Source: Vicinamibacterales bacterium (GTDB taxonomy: Bacteria; Acidobacteriota; Vicinamibacteria; Vicinamibacterales; UBA2999). From it: a DNA stretch of 64,000 nt. Position numbers and translations under genes: made by a program. The DNA lies in contig JAWKHS010000022.1 in assembly GCA_041394705.1 (NCBI GenBank), positions 17,299-81,298 of the forward strand, given 5' to 3'. Shown piece by piece: positions 26,887-36,332 of this stretch (positions within the stretch are counted from its first letter, which is position 1; the number at the start of each line of letters is the position of its first letter). A model generated the notes under the pieces. The model searched no databases. It was not told the origin of the DNA and saw only the letters and a program-made list of their open reading frames with translations.

Positions 26887-29463
26887 CTACGGCACCGACA
26901 CGACGACTTCGTTCGAGGCCGCGCCGAGGCCGTGCGCGTTTCGGGCGCGGACGCGCAGGTAGTAGAGGCCGCGCGGCGCCACGGCGAAGAACCGCGTCGT
27001 CAGCGCGCCGAAGTCCACGGCGCCGATGTCGGCGGCCCCGCTGTGGGAGCCCGCTTCCAGCACGTACGACTCGGCGTTGCCAGGGGCGGCGCTCCAGGAC
27101 AGGTAGAGGCCGTTCTGCTCGACGAGGGCCGTGAGGCGCGCCGGCGGTCCGGGTGGGCTCGCCGGAGCGGGCACGGTCAGGATCGCCTCGGCGGAGTCGG
27201 CGCCGCGCAGTTCGGGCGTCACGCCACGAACGCGCAGGTAGTAGGTGCCGGGCGGAACCCTACCTGCGATCGCCGTTCCCGTGAACGGCACGACCGCGAT
27301 GTCGGACGCGCCTGGCGCACGGCCCGCCTCGACGACGTAGCCGGCCGGCACGCCACCTGACGGCGGTCCCCACGCGAACGACAGCACGTCCCCTCGTACC
27401 GAGGCGTGCACCGGCGCGGGAGGCGCGGCCGCGCCCGTCGCGAACACGGCCAGACCGAGTCGTGGGCGGTCGCCGACGGTGTCGAAGTTGCCCGCCGTCA
27501 CGACGAGGTCCGACAGGGCCCAGACGCGGAAGAACGCCCCCGGCGCAAGGCCTGAGCGATTCGTGGCGATGAAGGCCTGGGGCACGCCGCTCCCGAGGGA
27601 CGTGGAGGCCAGCCGGTCGTTCGCGGCGACGTAGAGGCGGTCGCCGTCCGCGGCGATGCCCCGCTGGAACGCGGAGGTGGCCGCGCGGGCCACGCGTTGG
27701 CCCGCGCGGTTGAAGACGCCGAAGCCATTCGCCGGCTGCCCCTGCAACGAGGTGAAGACTCCTGTCACGGCGATGCCGTCACCGGCGGCGATCCCCGCGA
27801 TCGGGAGGTCCGCGGCTGGGTCCCATGGAATCAATGCGAGGGAATCGGCGGTGAACGCCGCTCCGCGACCGCGCGGCTGGCCTGCGATGGACGTGAAGGC
27901 CCCGGCCGCGAACAGCGTCCCTGCGTGGAGGTCGAGGGCGAACACCGGCTGATCGGGCGCCGGCGTCCACGAGAGCTGTCCCGAGGCCAGATCGAACGCC
28001 ACGAGGTTCGGCGCCGCGACGCCCGCCACCATCGCGAAGGTGCCGCCGAGGAACAGTCGCCGCCCGTCGGTGGCGAGCGCCGCGACGACGGGGGCCGGGT
28101 TCGATGAGCCCTGCACGATCGGCCGCCACGGCAGCAGGGTGCCGTCCGGAAGGACCGCGGCCACGCCGTCCTGCGGCTGGCCGTTCACGAACGTGAAGTC
28201 GCCACCGGCGACCACCACCGAACCGATGGACACGAGCGATCGCACGGTGCCCGTCACCACGGGCGCGAACGCCGTGGCGCGTCCCGTGCGCAGATCGATC
28301 GCGGCGAGACCATCGCGGTACACCCCGCCGACCGAGCGGGTTCCGGCAACCGCGGCGCGCCCGGGGCCGGCCCCGAGCCGTGCAAACCCGTCACACGCCA
28401 CCCGGCCTGGCTGGAGCGTGAGCGTGGCGAGCGTCGCCTTGACGAGCTCGCAGTGCGTGGGGCCCAGGTCGGCCACGAGGTACGCCGTGCCGCCCACCAC
28501 GGCCATCTCGCCGTTGATCGACTGGAACGCCAGCGACCCGACGCTCGCCCCCGACACGGGGTGGAGCGCCTCGATGCCGGAACCGACGCGCGCGTACACC
28601 GCGGCCGGCGTGGCGTGGAGGCGGTGCACCCAGGACAATCCGGTCGGCACCGGCCAGGCGGACGTCACCGCCGACGCGATGGCCACGCGCGCCCCGATGC
28701 TGTCGCTGGACCCCGCATCCGACCCAATCACGAACAGCGTGTCGCCGAGGGCGGTCATGGCGTTGACCTCCATCGGCGGCACGGCGTGCGAGAGCCGCGC
28801 GGCCGACGTGCCGGCGAAGCCCGCGAATCCGCCGGCAGGCTGGCCGTCGGCGCGATCGAACAGCCCGGCCGCGAAGACGACGCCGCCCGCGACCTCGAGG
28901 TCCACGACGATCGGCGCGCCGGGCGTGTACGCGATGTCCGGCGTCCAGGCGCTCAACGCCCCGGTGGCCAGGTCGAACGCCGCGACACTGGGACGTGCGA
29001 CGCCGTCCACCGTGGCGAACGTGCCGCCGACGAACAGGCGCGCGCCGTCGGTGGCCATCGCGAACACGACGCCGGAGATGTCTGGGAACCACGGCACGAC
29101 GCGGCCCGAGGCATCGAGCCGGAGGAGCCTCTGCTGCGCCCCGCCCCGCACGCTGAGGATGCCCGCGATCGCCCAGCCGCCGTCGGGCAGGCCGAGCACG
29201 ACCTCCACGGGGCCCGCCACGTCGGGGGCCTGCACCACCACGGCGCCGGAGGCGTCGTCGATGGCCGCCAATCCGCCCGTGGCCGGTCCCACATAGGAGA
29301 ACGAGCCACCGAGATAGAGCAGGGAACCGTCGCGCGCGACCGCGTTGACGCCGACGGCCCCCCACAGATCGAGCGGCGTCGGGTCCGGCAGCGGCTGAGC
29401 GCCGGCGGGCACGGCCATCGAGCCGGCCAGCAGCAGTACCAGGCATCCGAGTGCGCATCGCAT
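26887..29463 (-). CDS. Secreted multi-blade beta-propeller repeat protein with two C-terminal Fn3-like modules
   Basis: ORF 26887..29556 was trimmed to ATG 29463. Signal peptide MRCALGCLVLLLAGSMAVPAGAQP. At least 8 repeats of the type LFVGGTFATVDGVARPSVAAFDLATGALSAWTP are present. The C-terminal 178 aa hold two Fn3-like modules ending in YYLRVRG../YYLRVRARNAHGLGAASNE. Confidence 0.8.
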   Translation of the reverse strand: MRCALGCLVLLLAGSMAVPAGAQPLPDPTPLDLWGAVGVNAVARDGSLLYLGGSFSYVGPATGGLAAIDDASGAVVVQAPDVAGPVEVVLGLPDGGWAIAGILSVRGGAQQRLLRLDASGRVVPWFPDISGVVFAMATDGARLFVGGTFATVDGVARPSVAAFDLATGALSAWTPDIAYTPGAPIVVDLEVAGGVVFAAGLFDRADGQPAGGFAGFAGTSAARLSHAVPPMEVNAMTALGDTLFVIGSDAGSSDSIGARVAIASAVTSAWPVPTGLSWVHRLHATPAAVYARVGSGIEALHPVSGASVGSLAFQSINGEMAVVGGTAYLVADLGPTHCELVKATLATLTLQPGRVACDGFARLGAGPGRAAVAGTRSVGGVYRDGLAAIDLRTGRATAFAPVVTGTVRSLVSIGSVVVAGGDFTFVNGQPQDGVAAVLPDGTLLPWRPIVQGSSNPAPVVAALATDGRRLFLGGTFAMVAGVAAPNLVAFDLASGQLSWTPAPDQPVFALDLHAGTLFAAGAFTSIAGQPRGRGAAFTADSLALIPWDPAADLPIAGIAAGDGIAVTGVFTSLQGQPANGFGVFNRAGQRVARAATSAFQRGIAADGDRLYVAANDRLASTSLGSGVPQAFIATNRSGLAPGAFFRVWALSDLVVTAGNFDTVGDRPRLGLAVFATGAAAPPAPVHASVRGDVLSFAWGPPSGGVPAGYVVEAGRAPGASDIAVVPFTGTAIAGRVPPGTYYLRVRGVTPELRGADSAEAILTVPAPASPPGPPARLTALVEQNGLYLSWSAAPGNAESYVLEAGSHSGAADIGAVDFGALTTRFFAVAPRGLYYLRVRARNAHGLGAASNEVVVSVP
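26890..27423 (-). repeat. Two tandem Fn3-like coding repeats of the same family
   Basis: The units are VLSFAWGPPSGGVPAGYVVEAG...PPGTYYLRVRGV and LYLSWSAAPGNAESYVLEAG...PRGLYYLRVRARNAHGLGAASNE. Confidence 0.75.
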
Positions 29464-29549
29464 CGCCGTCGAGTGTAGCGGCCTGGCCACCAGCTCGGCC
29501 GCGGAATGCGCGGACGCCACGGACGATCGTGTGCAGGACCGCGACGGGG

Positions 29550-29576
29550 TGGACACCGGCCCCTGCCGGGTATGCT
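29550..29576 (+). promoter_or_regulatory. Promoter candidate TGGACA-N15-TATGCT, ending 6 nt before GTG 29583 (bshB1)
   Basis: No SD is present, the spacer is short, and the geometry is leaderless-type. Confidence 0.3.
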
Positions 29577-29582
29577 GGCGGG

Positions 29583-30284
29583 GTGAGCCTCGATCTCCTG
29601 GCCTTCGGGCCGCATCCCGACGATCTCGAAATCGGCATGGGCGGGACCATCCGCCGGCACGTCGCCGACGGCGGCCGGGTGGGGCTGTGCGATCTCACGG
29701 CCGGGGACCTGGGGACCAACGGCACGCCCGACGACCGGGTGCGGGAAGCCGAGGCGGCCCGCGCCGTGCTGGGCGCGGAGGTCCGCGAGAACTTCCGCTG
29801 GCCGGACCGCGGCATCGGACGGGTGCCGGATCATCTGGATCAGGCGGTGGACTGCATCCGCCGCCACCGCCCCCGCACCGTGGCCGTGCCGTACTGGTCC
29901 GACCGTCACCCCGATCACGTGGCGGCCAGCGCGCTGCTGACCGAGGCGGTCTTCAACGCCGGCCTGCGCCGCTACGGATCCGGCGAGGCCTGGAAGGCCG
30001 ACTGGATCTGCTTCTACTTCATCAACGACGATGCCCCGCCCACGTTCGTGGTGGACGTCTCGGATCACTACGACGTGAAGCGCCGGGCCCTCGACTGCCA
30101 CAGCACCCAGTTCCGTCCGCCCGATGCCGAGACCGCCGCCACGCGGCTGAACACGCCGCTCTTCCGTCAGCTCATCGAGAGCCGCGACGCGAGCTTCGGC
30201 GCCCGCGCGGGGGTCCGCTGGGCCGAGGGCTTCGTCGTGCGCGAGCCCGTCGTCCGGTCCGGCCTGCTGAGGCGCGAGCGATGA
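29583..30284 (+). CDS. bshB1: Bacillithiol biosynthesis deacetylase (LmbE/PIG-L family)
   Basis: ORF 29451 was trimmed to GTG 29583. Motifs are LAFGPHPDDLEIGMGGT and DRHPDH. It lies directly upstream of bshA. Confidence 0.8.
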   Translation: MSLDLLAFGPHPDDLEIGMGGTIRRHVADGGRVGLCDLTAGDLGTNGTPDDRVREAEAARAVLGAEVRENFRWPDRGIGRVPDHLDQAVDCIRRHRPRTVAVPYWSDRHPDHVAASALLTEAVFNAGLRRYGSGEAWKADWICFYFINDDAPPTFVVDVSDHYDVKRRALDCHSTQFRPPDAETAATRLNTPLFRQLIESRDASFGARAGVRWAEGFVVREPVVRSGLLRRER

Positions 30285-30294
30285 GCGGGCACCG

Positions 30295-31431
30295 GTGACC
30301 GTCGGCATCCTGTGCTACGCCTCGGTCGGCGGGAGCGGCATCATCGCGACCGAGCTCGGCAAGCTGCTGGCGGCTCGCGGACACCACGTGCACGTGTTCA
30401 GCGCCGAGCCGCCCGTGCGGCTCACGGACTACCAGGCCGGGCTGTCGTTCCACCGCGTGGAGACGCCGGCGTATCCGCTCTTCCGCGAGCCGCAGTACCT
30501 GCTGTCGCTGGCGAACAAGGTGGTCGAGGTGGCTTCGCAGGATCCGTTCGACCTGCTGCACGCGCACTACGCCATCCCGCACGCCACGGCCGCGTACCTG
30601 GCGCGGCAGGTGCTGCTGGCGAACCCGGCCACGCGCGCGCCGAAGGTCGTCACGACCCTGCACGGGACGGACATCACGCTGCTCGGGGCCGATCCGTCCT
30701 ACCGCGACATCGTCGCGTTCAGCATCAGCCAGTCCGACGGGATCACGACGGTCTCCGAGAGCCTGAAGGCCGACACCCGGACGAACCTGGGCATCACTGC
30801 CCCGATCGACGTGATTCCGAACTTCGTGGACTGCCAGTTCTACCGCCGGCGCGAGGTGCCCGGCCTGCGCGCGCGGCTCGGGCTCGACGGGCGCCGCGTG
30901 CTGATTCACGTCTCCAACTTCCGGCCGGTGAAACGGCCGGCCGCCGTCATCGACGTGTTCGCCGCGGTCCGCCGTGATGTGCCGGCCACGCTGCTGATGG
31001 TGGGCGACGGCCCAGAGTTGGCCGGTGCGGTCCATCGCGCGCGCGAGCTCGGCGTGGCAGCCGACGTCCAGTTCCTGGGCATCCAGGAACAGGTGGTGTC
31101 GCTGCTCTCGCTGGCCGACGTCTTCGTCCTGACGTCCACGCAGGAGAGCTTCGGGCTGGCGGCCCTCGAGGCCATGGCGTGCGGCGTGCCGGTGGTGGCC
31201 TCGCGCGTCGGCGGCGTGCCGGAGGTGGTGCAGGACGCCGTGAACGGCTTCCTGCACCACGTGGACGACCTGGCGGGCATGGCCGCCTCGTGCCGCCGCA
31301 TCCTCACCGACGACGACCTTCGTGCGCGCCTGTCCGACGCCGCGCGGCGTACGGCCGACGGGCAGTTCTGCGATGGGAAGGTCGTGCCCGAGTACGAGCG
31401 GTGCTACGAGCGCGTGCTGGCGGGCGCCTGA
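30295..31431 (+). CDS. bshA: N-acetyl-alpha-D-glucosaminyl L-malate synthase (GT4)
   Basis: The N-terminus VGILCYASVGGSGIIATELGKLLAARGHHVHVF is the typical BshA signature. GT4 motif ESFGLAALEAMACGVPVVASRVGGVPEVV. Confidence 0.85.
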   Translation: MTVGILCYASVGGSGIIATELGKLLAARGHHVHVFSAEPPVRLTDYQAGLSFHRVETPAYPLFREPQYLLSLANKVVEVASQDPFDLLHAHYAIPHATAAYLARQVLLANPATRAPKVVTTLHGTDITLLGADPSYRDIVAFSISQSDGITTVSESLKADTRTNLGITAPIDVIPNFVDCQFYRRREVPGLRARLGLDGRRVLIHVSNFRPVKRPAAVIDVFAAVRRDVPATLLMVGDGPELAGAVHRARELGVAADVQFLGIQEQVVSLLSLADVFVLTSTQESFGLAALEAMACGVPVVASRVGGVPEVVQDAVNGFLHHVDDLAGMAASCRRILTDDDLRARLSDAARRTADGQFCDGKVVPEYERCYERVLAGA

Positions 31432-31438
31432 GCGGCGC

Positions 31439-32860
31439 CTACTTGTCCTTCTCCTTCGTCTTGGCCGACACGACGTTGAACTCCACGGCCACGCGCTTCT
31501 TCAGGCCGGTGTTCGACCAGACGTTCCCGCTCAGACCGATCTGCACGGTGTTGTTGACGTCGAGGCCCAGGCTCACGTGCAGGACGTTCACCCGCTGCGG
31601 AAGCGGCGCCGGATCGCCGTTCCGGGAGAAGAGCGCCGAGGCGCTGCGATCCACGATACCCGTCGTGGCCAGCACGGCCGCCAGTTCCGCCGCACCCGCG
31701 CGGTTGTGCACGAAGCGGTCGAGATAGGTGGGCAGCCGGAGTCGCACCCCGACCGAGGCCGTGTAGAACGGCGTGACCGACGATCGCCCCTCGTTGAGCG
31801 TCAGCGTCTGCTCCGGCAGCTCGATCAGCTTCAGGCCGCCGCGCGCGTCCAGGAAGAGCCCGTGCTGCTCGTCGTTGGCGTCGCCCTCCAGGCCCGGCGT
31901 CGGCACCTTCGCATAGTAGCCGGCGGTCAGGTTGAGATCGCCCCCGAACGGATCGAGCATCGCATTGCGCACCTTGTCGTCGACCTTGGCCGCCGCCTGG
32001 CCGGCCGAGAGGCCAGTGCCGGCGGCGGCATCGTCGTCGGTGCCGGTGGTGGCCTCGCTCACGGTATCGGCCTTCTTGGCCTGGAAGGTCGACCGCAGGT
32101 ACAGCCGCCAGCGGTTGGTGAAGTAGAGATCCGCCAGTTGCGCCGACACCTGGGGCGTCGAGTGCCCGGCCGACAGTCCGGCGAATGGCAGGAAGCTGGC
32201 GGCCGCGCTGGACGTCTCGCCTTCCTGAGACTCCTCGCCCGGTGTGATGCCGGCCGCGCGCTGTACTTTGAGCTGCCCGCCGAGTTCGCAATAGATCTCG
32301 TTCAGCCGCGCGGCCCACGAGGTCACGCTTTCCCGCTCGGCCGTCACGCGCCACATCGTCGGGATGCTCAACTCCGCGGGCACCGGACAACTGAGCGGTG
32401 CCTGGAGGAATCCCGCGATGCTCTCCCGCGCGTTGGCCAGCGCCGCCGTCCATTCGTTCGCGCGGTCGGCGACTGCGGCATCGACCCGGTCCTTCCGGAG
32501 TCCAAGCTCGAAGCTGTGCGACGTGTCGGCCTCAAGGCCCGGAACGGCCCCGGCGCGTTCCGCGCCGCGGAAGACCTTGGCCATCTGGATCGCCGCGTCC
32601 AGCGCGGCGATGGCGTCCTTGCGTGTTGGCGCAGACGTCGGCACCGCCTTCTCCCCAGCACCCTTGTCTTCGGCAGTCTTCTCTCCAGAGGGCGTCTTTC
32701 CTCCGGACGTTGCCGTGTCGACGGGAGGGGGCGCAATGGCGAGGGGCAGCAACCGCTTGACGGTGTCTGCCGGAGACGTGGTCTGGGTGACGGACTGGGC
32801 GGCGACGAGCCCAGGGGGCAGAGACGCCAGGACCGTGAACAGGACGAGGGCGATACGCAT
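31439..32860 (-). CDS. Hypothetical exported protein (family not recognised)
   Basis: ORF 31439..32980 was trimmed to ATG 32860, with GGAGGA 4 nt upstream. Signal peptide MRIALVLFTVLASLPPGLVAAQS. A Lys/Glu/Thr-rich linker is followed by a mixed alpha/beta region. GC3 is high throughout. Confidence 0.65.
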   Translation of the reverse strand: MRIALVLFTVLASLPPGLVAAQSVTQTTSPADTVKRLLPLAIAPPPVDTATSGGKTPSGEKTAEDKGAGEKAVPTSAPTRKDAIAALDAAIQMAKVFRGAERAGAVPGLEADTSHSFELGLRKDRVDAAVADRANEWTAALANARESIAGFLQAPLSCPVPAELSIPTMWRVTAERESVTSWAARLNEIYCELGGQLKVQRAAGITPGEESQEGETSSAAASFLPFAGLSAGHSTPQVSAQLADLYFTNRWRLYLRSTFQAKKADTVSEATTGTDDDAAAGTGLSAGQAAAKVDDKVRNAMLDPFGGDLNLTAGYYAKVPTPGLEGDANDEQHGLFLDARGGLKLIELPEQTLTLNEGRSSVTPFYTASVGVRLRLPTYLDRFVHNRAGAAELAAVLATTGIVDRSASALFSRNGDPAPLPQRVNVLHVSLGLDVNNTVQIGLSGNVWSNTGLKKRVAVEFNVVSAKTKEKDK

Positions 32861-33064
32861 GTGTCCTCCGCCACGTCTGACGGACCAGGTGATGAAGTTC
32901 CGGGGACACCTGGGGACCGCCCGCCTCTGGATGAGATGCCCTCTCGCGATGGTCGCTCTCCGTTTCACCGTCGTCGCCAAGGCGCGCTACAGTGGATGGT
33001 CTTCCCCCATCGCGTGGGCAGGCCCGCGCGACCATCGAGACCCACACACGAGAGAAGGACTGGC

Positions 33065-33373
33065 GTGACTGTCAAGAAGACGACTCCCACACGGACCCGC
33101 AAGACCGCCGGAGCGGCGAAGACCCCCACCACCACGCGGCCCGCCGCGACCCGGGCGAGGACCGCCAGGACGGCCCGGCCGTCGGCCGCCGCCAAGACCG
33201 CGGCCGCCTCCGCCGCCCCCGCCGTCCCCACGCCGCCGCGCGCCGTGAGCGACGAGGACATCCGCGTGCGGGCCTACTTCCTGGCGCTGGAGCACCAGGG
33301 ACGCGGCGACAGCCGGGACTTCTGGCTGCAGGCCGAGCGCGAACTGCGGGCGGCCGCCCGGTCCGGGCGCTGA
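33065..33373 (+). CDS. Small basic protein with a C-terminal DUF2934 motif
   Basis: Start GTG 33065, with AAGGA upstream. The N-terminal half is low-complexity Lys/Arg/Thr/Ala/Pro-rich. The C-terminus DEDIRVRAYFLALEHQGRGDSRDFWLQAEREL matches the DUF2934 pattern. Confidence 0.65.
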   Translation: MTVKKTTPTRTRKTAGAAKTPTTTRPAATRARTARTARPSAAAKTAAASAAPAVPTPPRAVSDEDIRVRAYFLALEHQGRGDSRDFWLQAERELRAAARSGR

Positions 33374-33479
33374 TACGGCGGTACGACCAGAACGATTGAC
33401 ACGGGACGCCGTCCGCCACGAGACTTTCCCGGCTTCCCGGTAGGACGCGCTTCGTCGGACCGGTATCAGGAGGGAACCC

Positions 33480-36332
33480 ATGAGCCGGTCCTTCGCACGC
33501 GCTGGAGGTCTGCGTCATTGCCGCCGCGGCGTCATCGCTCTGACCACCGCGGTGGCCCTGGCCGCCTGCTCCACTGATCGGGCCGAGCCTCCGGTGGGGG
33601 ATCCCGCCTGCGGCCCGTCGCAGGAGTGCGCGGCGGGCGACACCCAGACCGTGACCATGGCCGCGCCCGATGTCGCGGTGTCGGCGTATCGCACGAACGC
33701 CCAGGTGATGGCGACGGCCACGGCTGCGGCTGCGGCCGTGGCCGCACAGTCGGCCCCCAAGGCCGAGGACATCCCGCTCGAGACATCCAGCGTCCGTCTG
33801 GAAGGCCTCACGCCAAACGTGATCGTTCAGGGCTCGGGCGACCTGCGACCGGACCTCGTGTTCGTGGCGGCGACCGGCAAGGGAGTGCCCGACACGATGG
33901 GCGCCGTCGGCCCCACGCAGTATCTGGTCGTCCTGAACTCCATCGTGCGGTCGTTCGACAAGGCGACCGGGCAGCCCGACGGGGTCCTCAACGTCACGCT
34001 CCAGGGGTTCTTCGGCAGCGCCGGCATCGCGGCGTGCTGCGACCCGAAGGTGCGGTTCGATCGGCTGTCCGGGCGCTGGTTCGTCGGGTCGATGTTCCGC
34101 GGGAACATGCTCCTGGCGGTGAGCGACGGCGGCGTCCTGACGCCTGGCAGCGGATGGCGGTTCTTCGCGATCCCGCAGGACCAGGTGACGCCGCCCGGGG
34201 ACGCGGGCTGCTGGGTGGACTACACGCGGATGGCTGTCGACGAGCATGCCGTCTACTTCGTGTACAGCGTGTTCACCGCGAACTACGCCACCCTCTGTAA
34301 CGCAGGCGGGTGGAACCTGAACGCCTACGTCGTCCGCAAGGCCTCGGTGCTCGGCGGCGGGCCGCCGGTGGTCACGGCATTTCGCGGTCCCGGGCCCATC
34401 AACATCCCGGTGGACCAGTACGAACCGGGCTCGGCGGTCGGCTACCTGTCCGCCGCGAACCAGATCTACCGGGTTCTCGATCCGGGCGGAACTCCGACGC
34501 TGTCCGGACCCATTCCCATTTCGGGCAGCAGCTTCCAGCGATTCAACATCTCAGCGGTTCGGCACAAAGGGAACGTGCTTGAGTCTGGCGTCCCGGGCAA
34601 CACCGCCGGGCGGATGTTCCTGGCCACGTTCGGCTCGCACGCCGTCCCGCTGCGACGCAACCACCTGTGGCTGGGCGAGCTCTGGGGCGTGGACAACACG
34701 GGACAGCCGGGTTCGAACGCCACGAGAAATGCCCTGGGCTTCCTCGACGTCCAGGACGTGAGCGGGAGTACGCCGTCCGTGGCTCAGAGCGGCGTCGTGG
34801 CCTTCGGCCCGTCCGCCGCCAACGACCTCGATCAGCGCAACTACTGGATGCCCGCGCTGATGGTGAACGGGCAGGGGCACATCGCGATGGCGGGCAGCGC
34901 CGCCGGCACCAACGAGTACATCAACGCGGCGGTGGGCGGCCGCCTGGCGACGGACGGGCCTGGCGTCGTCCGGACCCCGGTGCTCGTGACGCAGGCCGCG
35001 GCGCCGTACAACCCGTCGTCGACGTTCAGCGGCGGCCTGTATCGCTGGGGCGACTACTCGAACCTCAGCCTCGATCCCACCGACGACCAGACCATGTGGG
35101 CCATCCAGCAGTTCGCGGTCGGGGGCGACGTGTGGGGCATCGCGGTCGCCCGCATCCGCGCGCCGGGCCCGCCGCCGTCGGTGTCGGCGGCGCCCGGGAC
35201 CATCACCCAGAGCACGGCGTCCATGCCGGTGACCGTGACCGGCGTGCCGACCGACGGCGAAGGGTTCTTCGATCCAGGCCCCGGCTTCGCCGGCCGACTC
35301 CGCGCCACCGTGTCGGGCGGCGTCCGCGTCCACCAGGTGGGCTTCACCTCCCCGACGAGCCTCCTCCTGGACGTCTCCACCGAATGCGCCGCGAACGGGC
35401 CGCACGCCCTGACCATCGTCAATCCCGACGGTCAAAGCGTGACCGTGCAGTCGGCCCTGACGACGAACATCACGCCGGCGCCCGTGCGACGGCCGCCGGG
35501 CGCGCCGGTGCTCACCGGCGCCGCGACGTCGACGACCCTCGGGATCTCGTGGCAGGCCGCCGTGAGTGGATGCGAGACGGTGTCGTTCCTCCTGGAAGCC
35601 GGCACGGCCCCCGGCGCTTCCGACCTCTACGTCGGGTCGGTGGGCGCGGCGACGAGCCTGCAGGCGGCGGTGCCGCGCGGCGTGTACTACATCCGCGTGC
35701 GAGGCACCAACGACCTCGGCACCGGCCCGGCCTCGAACGAACTGCAGTTGCTGGTGGGCACGTCGGCGCCGCCCGGCCCGCCGGGCGGGCTCGTGGGCAC
35801 GGTGTCCGGTCAGCTCCTGTCGTTGTCGTGGCAGCCGCCGTCGTCCGGCGGCGCCGTGGACGGCTACGTCCTGGAAGCCGGCACGGCGCCCGGCCTGTCG
35901 AACATCGGCGCCATCCCGCTGCCACCGAGCCCCACGGCCATCCAGGCGCCCGGCGTGCCGCCGGGCACCTACTACCTCCGCGTGCGCGCCCGAAACGCCG
36001 GAGGGACCAGCCAGCCGTCCAACGAAGTGTCGGTCGTGGTGTCCTCCTCGACACCCGGCGCGCCGACGAACCTCTCGGCGACCGTGTCGGCGGGCAGGAC
36101 CGTGTCGATTGCCTGGAGCGCCCCCGCGACCGGCGGCGCCGTCACCAGCTACCGCCTGGAGGCGGGTTCGGCCTCGGGACTCGCGAACATCGCCGTCGTG
36201 CCGCTGGCGGCCAGTCCGACTGGCATCGTGGCGCCCAACGTCCCGCCCGGGCGGTACTTCCTCCGGGTCCGCGGCGTGAATGCCGCGGGGGCCGGCGGCC
36301 CGTCGAACGAGATCATCGTCGACGTGCCCTGA
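33480..36332 (+). CDS. Large lipoprotein with an unassigned propeller-like N-terminal domain and three C-terminal Fn3-like modules
   Basis: AGGAGGG lies 5 nt upstream of ATG 33480. Lipobox LALAAC. The N-domain shares motifs with the CDS at 53041 (DPKVRFDRLSGRWFV, RWGDYSNLSLDPTDDQTMW). The last 279 aa form three Fn3-like repeats. Confidence 0.85.
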   Translation: MSRSFARAGGLRHCRRGVIALTTAVALAACSTDRAEPPVGDPACGPSQECAAGDTQTVTMAAPDVAVSAYRTNAQVMATATAAAAAVAAQSAPKAEDIPLETSSVRLEGLTPNVIVQGSGDLRPDLVFVAATGKGVPDTMGAVGPTQYLVVLNSIVRSFDKATGQPDGVLNVTLQGFFGSAGIAACCDPKVRFDRLSGRWFVGSMFRGNMLLAVSDGGVLTPGSGWRFFAIPQDQVTPPGDAGCWVDYTRMAVDEHAVYFVYSVFTANYATLCNAGGWNLNAYVVRKASVLGGGPPVVTAFRGPGPINIPVDQYEPGSAVGYLSAANQIYRVLDPGGTPTLSGPIPISGSSFQRFNISAVRHKGNVLESGVPGNTAGRMFLATFGSHAVPLRRNHLWLGELWGVDNTGQPGSNATRNALGFLDVQDVSGSTPSVAQSGVVAFGPSAANDLDQRNYWMPALMVNGQGHIAMAGSAAGTNEYINAAVGGRLATDGPGVVRTPVLVTQAAAPYNPSSTFSGGLYRWGDYSNLSLDPTDDQTMWAIQQFAVGGDVWGIAVARIRAPGPPPSVSAAPGTITQSTASMPVTVTGVPTDGEGFFDPGPGFAGRLRATVSGGVRVHQVGFTSPTSLLLDVSTECAANGPHALTIVNPDGQSVTVQSALTTNITPAPVRRPPGAPVLTGAATSTTLGISWQAAVSGCETVSFLLEAGTAPGASDLYVGSVGAATSLQAAVPRGVYYIRVRGTNDLGTGPASNELQLLVGTSAPPGPPGGLVGTVSGQLLSLSWQPPSSGGAVDGYVLEAGTAPGLSNIGAIPLPPSPTAIQAPGVPPGTYYLRVRARNAGGTSQPSNEVSVVVSSSTPGAPTNLSATVSAGRTVSIAWSAPATGGAVTSYRLEAGSASGLANIAVVPLAASPTGIVAPNVPPGRYFLRVRGVNAAGAGGPSNEIIVDVP
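35493..36329 (+). repeat. Three tandem Fn3-like coding repeats (~93 aa each)
   Basis: Each unit has ...S(W)...GG.V..Y.LEAG...G.....V.......PPG.YYLRVR..N..G...PSNE. Confidence 0.8.

Noticed and set aside
33370-33469. Long-range pairing of CTGATACGG (spanning the DUF2934 gene stop) with CCGGTATCAG (abutting the SD of the 33480 gene).
   Set aside because: It has only 7 bp plus a bulge across a ~90-nt loop and touches only two SD nucleotides. It is too weak to call without covariation evidence.
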